Virus record (IMG/VR): IMGVR_UViG_3300025015_000011
Span: 64,001 to 128,000 of that record
Length of the DNA: 64,000 bases
From: a virus
Strand: one strand, 5' to 3'
Shown: positions 56,933 through 64,000 of the stretch, one piece after another
Position numbering within the stretch: the first letter of the stretch is position 1
Layout: each line of letters begins with the position of its first letter
Program-made: the position numbers and the translations under genes
Notes under the pieces: generated by a model
What the model was told of the DNA's origin: nothing
Database searches by the model: none
Seen by the model: only the letters and a program-made list of their open reading frames with translations

Positions 56933-58687
56933 TTAAGCTGTCACTGCTCCAAAAGTCTTCCATGTGCCAGGGCTTCCGGCCGTGGTACAGACCCATCCAA
57001 TGTAACCACCAGCTGTGGGCCACGGGTGACTGACCCTATTCCCTACCTTCCAAGAACCTGCGGTAGGGGCAGATGTATCTATTGTGGTTTTCTGGTAAGT
57101 GCCGGTGCTGTTATAGACAACATATTGGCCAGCCCACGGGCTCATGTTCTCAAGGCTCTCGTATATTTCACTCGTTGTCCCATCGTATATTCTTATAAAG
57201 CCCGTGTATGACGCAGCCTCTGGGTATTCGTATGTATTATTTTTAAGTTTGGTGTTGTATATCTTCAGAATGTAGTAGCCTGCCGCCCCCGTTGCAGTGC
57301 CAATGAACCTGTTATTCACAGCCGTCACATTATGTAGAAATATCTCGTCAGCATCCGACGCTGAGGCGTAAATCGTATTCCTTTCTAAAATGAGAGGCCC
57401 TGCCGATGCCGCAGTAGTGTTTCTGTATCTGGTAATCGTGCCTTCTTTTACTCGCACACCGCTCGCGCTGGTGTGCATATAGTTGTATATCTCACCATGC
57501 CAGTCAGTCACCTCAACATTGGTCAGGACGCCGTAGGTCGTTCCATAGCTTAATCCAAGGACGAGAGCAGCGGTAGACAAACCACCTCGCATACTTGTTA
57601 TATTGAGACCATTACTGTTTTTAGTATAGGCCCCTCGAACATAAGAGATAATAGCCCAATTGTTGTATGTATAATTCCCCACGGCTGACGAATTAACACA
57701 ACCCTGGAATTGAAGGCTGGTAATGTTTCCAACATTCCCGCCGCAGACATTACCATTGAACATGCTATCTTCGAGGTAAACGACTGATATGGCGGAAGAG
57801 TGGTCTACAACACTATTCGCTCCGACCTTTCTAACGACGTTATTAGAGACGCTCGCATTCCTCGCGCCTTGTATCTTGTAGGCTACGCCATGATAGTCCT
57901 GAGTTGAGCAGTCTATAATAAACTGGTTGCTCTCGAATATAAGCCCGTCAATCAGCGACCTTGTAGGAGTACCACCACCCTCATCATAAACAATATCTAC
58001 GCCGGCCTGTATTCCCTGTTGTGAGCCATACGTTGGCAGAGTGGTTAAGGCTCCTCCACTCAAAAAGAATTTATTATGTGAGATATCCCAGTCCTGTCCA
58101 CCGAGGCATTGCCCTGTTATTCCAAATCTTGAGATATTGGTAAATGTACAGAAGTTTATAAAAAGTCCATCAGTCCCGACCGTTGAAGGGCCACTCGTAT
58201 ATGGATAATCAATGTAAATGGCACTACAACTCACGCTACCAGACGCATCAGAATTCCCTGTGAACTTAACACAATGAAAGCCACAGTTCTGGAGACTCTG
58301 TACCCTAAAGGCCGCTACAATAGGGTAGTTGTCTGCTGTGTACGCGCCTGTCAGGTCGCCCACTATATCATCGACGTAGATGGTACCGTTTGTTAGGAAG
58401 ACATTCGACTTAAGGTCGACGGTTTTAGTAATTCTCCAAGTTTTACCATTAAGGTCTATCAACCATTTCCCTGAAGTATTGGCAGCGTTTATAGCGTCTT
58501 GCATTGCTTGTGAGTCATCAATTACTCCATCCCCAATACCAGCATACTGCTCAACATAAACCACACCATACTTGTGCGTCCCGTCGTTGTTGTGCTCGGC
58601 AAGTATGAGCCTGTTCAAGGTATCTGCCTTCGTGGGATGGTCAGAACCTATCATCAATTCTGTTGCTTTTATTCTTAAGTCAGTCAT
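56933..58687 (-). CDS. Beta-helix spike (anchor B; body paralogous to 13845..15650)
   Basis: HPTKADTLNRL anchor; long identical stretches with the 14-kb copy (e.g. CTFTNISRFGITGQC, NQFIIDCSTQDYHG). Confidence 0.8.
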   Translation of the reverse strand: MTDLRIKATELMIGSDHPTKADTLNRLILAEHNNDGTHKYGVVYVEQYAGIGDGVIDDSQAMQDAINAANTSGKWLIDLNGKTWRITKTVDLKSNVFLTNGTIYVDDIVGDLTGAYTADNYPIVAAFRVQSLQNCGFHCVKFTGNSDASGSVSCSAIYIDYPYTSGPSTVGTDGLFINFCTFTNISRFGITGQCLGGQDWDISHNKFFLSGGALTTLPTYGSQQGIQAGVDIVYDEGGGTPTRSLIDGLIFESNQFIIDCSTQDYHGVAYKIQGARNASVSNNVVRKVGANSVVDHSSAISVVYLEDSMFNGNVCGGNVGNITSLQFQGCVNSSAVGNYTYNNWAIISYVRGAYTKNSNGLNITSMRGGLSTAALVLGLSYGTTYGVLTNVEVTDWHGEIYNYMHTSASGVRVKEGTITRYRNTTAASAGPLILERNTIYASASDADEIFLHNVTAVNNRFIGTATGAAGYYILKIYNTKLKNNTYEYPEAASYTGFIRIYDGTTSEIYESLENMSPWAGQYVVYNSTGTYQKTTIDTSAPTAGSWKVGNRVSHPWPTAGGYIGWVCTTAGSPGTWKTFGAVTA

Positions 58688-58703
58688 ATTAGTCCTTTTT
58701 ATT

Positions 58704-58864
58704 TTAGAATATTAAATATTTAAATAATTTATCTGCTTCTTTAGCTTCTTGACTATTATACCCAAAGGCTATTTCTATTGCAGTACTTGCATCTAATAAT
58801 CTTTTAACAGGAACAGTTGTTCCTTTTGGTAGCCCTCAATTATTAAAAATAATTGAAAATTCAT
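58704..58864 (-). pseudogene. Small CTS-like gene broken by an apparent 1-nt deletion
   Basis: MNFQLFLIIE continues in a shifted frame as GLPKGTTVPVKRLLDASTAIEIAFG...; 161 nt plus 1 gives 54 codons. Confidence 0.35.
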
Positions 58865-58873
58865 TTCTTTTCC

Positions 58874-59320
58874 TTATTTTAAATTAGTTAACTTGAAGCC
58901 AAAAGCTCCCTTTTCTCTCCAACCTATATAGAACTTAAACTTCCCTTGCCATGATATAAATGGTCTGAATAAGAAAACAACAAATATTAAAGCCCATATA
59001 ATAGACCCATACCATAATGTATTTGCAAGTAGTAAAGCTAATATGATACTTTGTAACCTATCTGGAATATAAAAGAACCAAGTAAGATTGAGGCCTCCGC
59101 CTGTTTTAAATACTTCTCCAGGGGCAATTCCAAGTTGAGTCTTATCTTCTATATCTCTTATACCTATTATATAATTAGTGAAGTTATGAAGAGGATTCCT
59201 TAAATACATCCAATAGAATTGACGCTTCCGAAGTGGCCAAGTTTTCTCATACCAGTCTGGAGCCACTGGGTCATCATTTTTAAACCACCAGATAGGGTTA
59301 AGCTTCTGATACCATTTCAT
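58874..59320 (-). CDS. Trp-rich membrane protein
   Basis: Likely start MKWYQKLNPIWW after GGAG; LRNPLHNF, FYIGWR motifs; TM segment. Confidence 0.6.
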   Translation of the reverse strand: MKWYQKLNPIWWFKNDDPVAPDWYEKTWPLRKRQFYWMYLRNPLHNFTNYIIGIRDIEDKTQLGIAPGEVFKTGGGLNLTWFFYIPDRLQSIILALLLANTLWYGSIIWALIFVVFLFRPFISWQGKFKFYIGWREKGAFGFKLTNLK

Positions 59321-59469
59321 GTGTGTCTCCTTAATGTTCAAATAATTTGAACATACTTTAATCCTGAACAAACTCTTTCAAATATTTATTGTTTCTTTAA
59401 GTCTCTTAATCTTGAACCATTAGGACTTATACTAAGATATCTTGTGTTCCTTCTGTTATTATATATTGC

Positions 59470-60057
59470 TTAAAGGTCATCTATTTGACCTTTTCGTAAT
59501 TCCACACTAGAATATATACGGTCTATCCAGTCCAAGACGACATAGTGATTATTACGCACAGCATAATACTTGTCACAAAGAAGCATTATTTCATTACCAG
59601 AACTAATAGCCTTTAGTAAATCTGTATTAATAAAAGTATGACTATTAATAATATCTGCTACAATATAATCAGACATGTCTTCTAGCTCTCCATAAAGGTC
59701 GTCAATGGTTGGACTCCACCAATAAGAATAATCACCAATTGGAAATATATTATATAGGGTTCCAAATGCTATAGCATTATCAGTGTGACCTGTGCAAAAT
59801 ACAGCTCTAGATCTTATGTTGTCAACATTATACTTCTTAGCAAATTCTACATTAATAATATCATGATGTGACTTTTTCGTGTCTAGTGGTTTTCTATTAC
59901 TACGAGGACTTATCTGTTTAACAGAATCTACTAGGCCTTTCATACCTCTATATAAAGATCTATTTTCAGATTCCTTAAGGAAAGGCATACACTCTTTTAC
60001 AATATCTACAGCGATTTGCCTATTATAATCTTCTGTTATAAATGATTTAAAGTTCAC
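59470..60057 (-). CDS. CTS-tagged ART-fold-like paralogue
   Basis: MNFKSFITE; LYRG; AVFCTG; GNEIMLLC. Confidence 0.6.
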   Translation of the reverse strand: MNFKSFITEDYNRQIAVDIVKECMPFLKESENRSLYRGMKGLVDSVKQISPRSNRKPLDTKKSHHDIINVEFAKKYNVDNIRSRAVFCTGHTDNAIAFGTLYNIFPIGDYSYWWSPTIDDLYGELEDMSDYIVADIINSHTFINTDLLKAISSGNEIMLLCDKYYAVRNNHYVVLDWIDRIYSSVELRKGQIDDL

Positions 60058-60629
60058 CAGAATTTCCTTCCTATATATTTTAAAATATCATGAGCTTCAT
60101 AATGAACTACATAATATTCCTTACATAGAAGCATTATTTCATTACCAGTATCCAGTGCTTCTTCTAAGTTAGTATTAATATACCCATTCGTTGGTAATTT
60201 TATAAAATTATAAAGGATTTCTGGAGTGACAAGATCTAACTGCTGTACTGTCATAGTTAAATCTGGAATTCCTTTTGACCACCAATATGAATAACCATCT
60301 ACTGGGAAAACCTCATAAACAAAATTACTATTAGCAAAATAATTGGCATCTCCATAATTACCAGTGCAGAATACAGCCCTGCTCCTTATATCCTTAACTC
60401 CATAAGCCTTTTCAAAAGCTAAATTATAATAATCATGTACCCTTTCTTCTGTATCCCGAGGGGTTCTATCTGACCTTGGAACCATCAGATTTATCTGGCC
60501 TTTGTTGGATTTAAGGCCTCTATACATTTTACCAGCAGAAGAAAGTCCTTTTAGAAATTGAGAACAATTCTTTATTATATCGTCTGCTATAGGGGTTATA
60601 GCTTCATTTGTATATTCTTTAAAGTTCAT
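60054..60629 (-). CDS. CTS-tagged ART-fold-like paralogue
   Basis: MNFKEYTNE; MYRG; AVFCTG; GNEIMLLC. Confidence 0.6.
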   Translation of the reverse strand: MNFKEYTNEAITPIADDIIKNCSQFLKGLSSAGKMYRGLKSNKGQINLMVPRSDRTPRDTEERVHDYYNLAFEKAYGVKDIRSRAVFCTGNYGDANYFANSNFVYEVFPVDGYSYWWSKGIPDLTMTVQQLDLVTPEILYNFIKLPTNGYINTNLEEALDTGNEIMLLCKEYYVVHYEAHDILKYIGRKFW

Positions 60630-62094
60630 TATTTTCTATATAGCTTTTTAATTTAATATTAATAGCTTCAATGACCTCAGGTCCATTATTGAATCCATAT
60701 TGATATAATTGTTTTCTAAATGTTAAATTATCTTCTAAATCAAAAATGGTATCTTCCAGGCCAGGTAAATTATCTAGCCAATGTTGTATGTCGTCTTTAC
60801 CATAATGAGAATTATTATAAGTACCACTTAAAGGATTATTAATAGTATCAAATATATTATTTACTAAGGTTAAAGATTCTTTAACTACTTTGCTACCTTC
60901 TTTTGGATTAACCTTAGTTGGGAATGTATATTCAATCCCTCTTATGTCAGCACTGAACTTACCACCAACCCACTTAGCGGTTTCTGGCCAGGCAGAATAA
61001 CCACCATCCCCTAAAGAGAATATTCCACCCTTGAAAGTACCATTCTTAAACCTAGCACCAGGCTTAAAGATACCATTTTCAAAGGTTCCTCCATTAAATA
61101 CCCCATCTTGGAATATACCATTTTTGAATGTTCCGGCTAAGAATATTCCTTTGAAGTTTCCATCATACCATTCTCCTGTAAAGCCTACATAATAACCCTG
61201 GTCCTTCAACTTAGTAAAGGTCCCTGAGAACTTACACTGGTCGATATGAGGGAAGTTCTTTCCCAGCTCAGCTAAGGTCAGTCCACCGTCAAGTCCTTTT
61301 ATCATATCCTTTATCTTATCATAGTTTATTGCAATAGAGTCTATAGAATCATCATCATAAAGTCTAGGGTGTTTATCGAAAGTTCCAAACAGTCCTTCTT
61401 GCTTCTCATCTATCCAATCCTGTACAGCTTCTTTAAATCCAGGAACAGTAGTACCATAAACCTTTCTTTCTGGAACTAGATAGACTTCTTCATTGTCATT
61501 TATAAATGGTTTAATAAGGAATCGTCCTATAGGATAATTAATATTCTTATCATCAGCATTAATGAGATATGCTATCAAAGAACCTTCTTTTATATCATAT
61601 GCACAAAACTTGGATAAAGACCCAGACTTTAAATCCATACAAGAAGTCCAACCTCTATCAGTACTCATTCCAGCTATGTCATATGGATGTCTGGATATAG
61701 CTACTATAGCTGTTTGTAATCTTGATGTTCTTCTGACTGGGTCTGATATGAACTTCTGATAAGCTTCTTTATAATAATTATCCGCTTCAAACTTCTTCAT
61801 AGCCTTTTGAAGTATAGAACCTATCTTGAAGACTCTCTTATCATCACCATCTGTCTTCTTGGCTAAGCCATTACCATAATCAACTACTTCAAAACCTTCA
61901 TAATATAAAACAGAATTGACATTATTTGGAATTGGTAGTTCAAATTTATCATCCATCTTCTTCTTTAAAGGTAAATAGATTCTATACTTACCACCAAACC
62001 ACTCAGAGTATCTAGTCTTATCCCAGTTCTTAGCATACCTCTTGGCCGAGGATAAGCTTAATTTTTCATTAAGTAAAAAAGTTTTAAAGCTCAT
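60619..62094 (-). CDS. CTS-tagged protein with WTSCM domain and GxFxx pentapeptide repeats
   Basis: MSFKTFLLNE; SRHPYDIAGMSTDRGWTSCM; GTFKNGIFQDGVFNGGTFENGIFK. Confidence 0.6.
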   Translation of the reverse strand: MSFKTFLLNEKLSLSSAKRYAKNWDKTRYSEWFGGKYRIYLPLKKKMDDKFELPIPNNVNSVLYYEGFEVVDYGNGLAKKTDGDDKRVFKIGSILQKAMKKFEADNYYKEAYQKFISDPVRRTSRLQTAIVAISRHPYDIAGMSTDRGWTSCMDLKSGSLSKFCAYDIKEGSLIAYLINADDKNINYPIGRFLIKPFINDNEEVYLVPERKVYGTTVPGFKEAVQDWIDEKQEGLFGTFDKHPRLYDDDSIDSIAINYDKIKDMIKGLDGGLTLAELGKNFPHIDQCKFSGTFTKLKDQGYYVGFTGEWYDGNFKGIFLAGTFKNGIFQDGVFNGGTFENGIFKPGARFKNGTFKGGIFSLGDGGYSAWPETAKWVGGKFSADIRGIEYTFPTKVNPKEGSKVVKESLTLVNNIFDTINNPLSGTYNNSHYGKDDIQHWLDNLPGLEDTIFDLEDNLTFRKQLYQYGFNNGPEVIEAINIKLKSYIENNEL

Positions 62095-62665
62095 TATCTA
62101 AATCCTTTAATAATTCATCATTTTCTTTTATAGGTATAGCATAATAAGAATCACACAGTAACATAACTTCAGTATATTCATATTTAGTAATAGCCAAGGT
62201 CAAGTCTGTGTCAATATAAAGGCCTTTTTTAACAATGTCAACCATATCTGAAAAATCTTCTATTCCAAGGGTTCTTTCTGATAACCATTCAAACAAATCA
62301 TTAATCTTTTTAGACCACCAATATTCATAATGCCCTATTGGGAATATCCTGAACATTTTACCATAATAATTATTATCTTTAGTTCCAGCACAGAATACAG
62401 CCTGACTTCTAATATTATCTACACCATGAATCTCCTTAAAGGCTTGATTGAAAGAATTATGAAAGGATAGCCTAGTATGTTTTGGATATCTATCAGACCT
62501 TGATACTATCTTATTCAGAAGTTTTCCTGGATGAGGACTTTTAATCCCTCTATATAGACCTAGATTACCTACTTCATTAATGAACATAGTACAATCCCTT
62601 TGAAGTGTAGAAAGGATTTGTTCTTGAGTAATCTCTTCTGTTATAAAGGATTTAAAGTTCATCAT
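62084..62665 (-). CDS. CTS-tagged ART-fold-like paralogue
   Basis: MNFKSFITE; LYRG; AVFCAG; TEVMLLC. Confidence 0.6.
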   Translation of the reverse strand: MMNFKSFITEEITQEQILSTLQRDCTMFINEVGNLGLYRGIKSPHPGKLLNKIVSRSDRYPKHTRLSFHNSFNQAFKEIHGVDNIRSQAVFCAGTKDNNYYGKMFRIFPIGHYEYWWSKKINDLFEWLSERTLGIEDFSDMVDIVKKGLYIDTDLTLAITKYEYTEVMLLCDSYYAIPIKENDELLKDLDNEL

Positions 62666-62765
62666 ATATTAATTATTTATGCAAGTCCTTCTTCTATTGA
62701 ACATGTTTCATCAAGTAATATAAGTCCTTCCAAGCACGAAGGTCCTGTGCAGTCTGAGCAAGGTT

Positions 62766-63407
62766 TTAATGACTATCAGGAACTGCCCAATAAGAATTAC
62801 AAATGAACATTATCTCCACACCAGACTTAATAGCTGATACCAAGTCAATATTCTTATAGTTAGCCCATTTTATAAATTCCACTATGGAAGGATATATTAA
62901 TTCATCTACTTCAGGGCTTTTAAACAAACCTTCAGCCCATTTATAGTAGACCCAGAAAGAGCCAGCCTTAGGATATAACGGAAACCATATGTCTTCTGCA
63001 TCCTTATCAAAGAATCTGGACTTAGTATGGTCAGCCCACTTCCTAGAATAGTTAATGTCTAACACAGCATCAGACCACCAATAAGAATAATCACCAATTG
63101 GATATATTTTGAATGGTTGGCCAAATTGGTTAGTAGACCCTTTGTCTCCTGTAGCAAATACACATGAAGATCTCAAGTCCATAACACTATGGACTTCTTC
63201 AAAGGCTTTATTGAATAAGCGCATTATGTGGTTGCCCATACCTTTGGGCTTCCTATCTTTCCTCACTGGTAGCTTGACTGGTTGGTTTAACCCATCTTCA
63301 ATCCCCCTGTACACTGCATAGCCGTGCGTCTCTTCAATGAACTTAGCTGAGTCATGATTTATTGTAGCATCATATAGTCCTTCTGTTATAAATGATTTAA
63401 AGTCCAT
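62766..63407 (-). CDS. CTS-tagged ART-fold-like paralogue
   Basis: MDFKSFITE; VYRG; CVFATG; GVEIMFIC. Confidence 0.6.
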   Translation of the reverse strand: MDFKSFITEGLYDATINHDSAKFIEETHGYAVYRGIEDGLNQPVKLPVRKDRKPKGMGNHIMRLFNKAFEEVHSVMDLRSSCVFATGDKGSTNQFGQPFKIYPIGDYSYWWSDAVLDINYSRKWADHTKSRFFDKDAEDIWFPLYPKAGSFWVYYKWAEGLFKSPEVDELIYPSIVEFIKWANYKNIDLVSAIKSGVEIMFICNSYWAVPDSH

Positions 63408-63981
63408 CTAAGCCCTCAGCCACAGCGTAATATTCTTCACATTGAAAAAGGATTTCATTTCCACTTCTAAGACCCTTAGCTAAATCTTTCATCTTATAAG
63501 ATGAGACTAATTTCTTCATGGCCTTTTGTTTATCACTCAGTTCAGGCCCGGCACCCTTATATTCTAATTCAGTCATAACAGCATCCCATTCTATATAAGC
63601 ATCTTCTACTTTAGGACTCCATATATAAGAGAAGTATCCAATTGGATATATTTTATAAACATCTCCATAATCATTAGCAACATCTATATTACCAGAACTG
63701 ACTACAGATATAGATCTTATCTTTGGAATATGGAACTTCTCCTCAAAAGCTTTATTGAATAAATTAAAGTATTCATTATTGCCCAACAAGGGCTTTCTAT
63801 TCTTAATAACCTTAATCTTATATAGCCCAGGTATAACCCTTTTAAAGTATTTGGTATTAGCATAGCCTTTATATAACTCCAGGGCGTGGGACTCTTTTAG
63901 AAAAGGATAACAATCAGCTGATATTATCTTATTAATCTTATCAGGCTCATTATCTTCGGCTACATATGATTTAAAGTCCAT
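63397..63981 (-). CDS. CTS-tagged ART-fold-like paralogue (R-to-K variant)
   Basis: MDFKSYVAE; LYKG; SVVSSG; GNEILFQC. Confidence 0.55.
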   Translation of the reverse strand: MDFKSYVAEDNEPDKINKIISADCYPFLKESHALELYKGYANTKYFKRVIPGLYKIKVIKNRKPLLGNNEYFNLFNKAFEEKFHIPKIRSISVVSSGNIDVANDYGDVYKIYPIGYFSYIWSPKVEDAYIEWDAVMTELEYKGAGPELSDKQKAMKKLVSSYKMKDLAKGLRSGNEILFQCEEYYAVAEGLDGL

Positions 63982-64000
63982 CTAATCCACCTTTATATTT

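Noticed and set aside
13845-58687. Diversity-generating retroelement (paralogous spike C-termini as VR/TR)
   Set aside because: No reverse transcriptase in the window; differences are synonymous-type across the whole gene, not adenine-specific.
21289-63321. Many short antisense track ORFs (e.g. 21289, 23867, 28035, 38007, 39801-40845, 53227-54120, 54418, 61562, 63109)
   Set aside because: They overlap well-supported genes on the opposite strand and have no SD or protein-like features.
1-64000. Stop-codon recoding
   Set aside because: Core genes are full length under code 11 and TAA, TAG and TGA are all used as stops.

Overview
AT-rich fragment of a large T4-like myovirus genome, probably from a Gram-negative host (GH108 endolysin, spanin-like pair, RpoH-like sigma factor). 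It covers most of the virion module: gp21/22/23 head, gp13/14/15 neck, gp16/17 terminase, gp18/19 tail, gp3/25/6/7-like/26/51/tape measure/48/53/27/5 baseplate, and six beta-helix fibre/spike proteins. The portal gene is not in the window. T4-type TATAAATA late promoters precede many structural genes. Accessory islands are interleaved. (1) An array of proteins with a shared T4 internal-protein-like N-terminal capsid-targeting sequence (M[NDS]FKxF/YxxE): six paralogues with ADP-ribosyltransferase-like motifs, a P-loop kinase and a repeat protein. At several junctions the CTS-coding DNA also supplies the upstream gene's stop codon. (2) A tRNA-Lys(UUU) gene followed by HAD phosphatase, RlaP-like nucleotidyltransferase, Thg1-like and CCA/HD genes (candidate tRNA replacement-and-repair island). 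(3) Signal-peptide-bearing proteins inside the fibre cluster. (4) Early genes with a sigma factor and a Hef-like homing endonuclease. Sequence-level signals include a probable -1 frameshift joining gp26 to gp51, an ATT-initiated gp3 whose SD is sequestered by a hairpin with a late promoter in its loop, and a tailspike gene flanked by identical 60-bp direct repeats. All family calls come from motif recognition by eye; no database searches were run.
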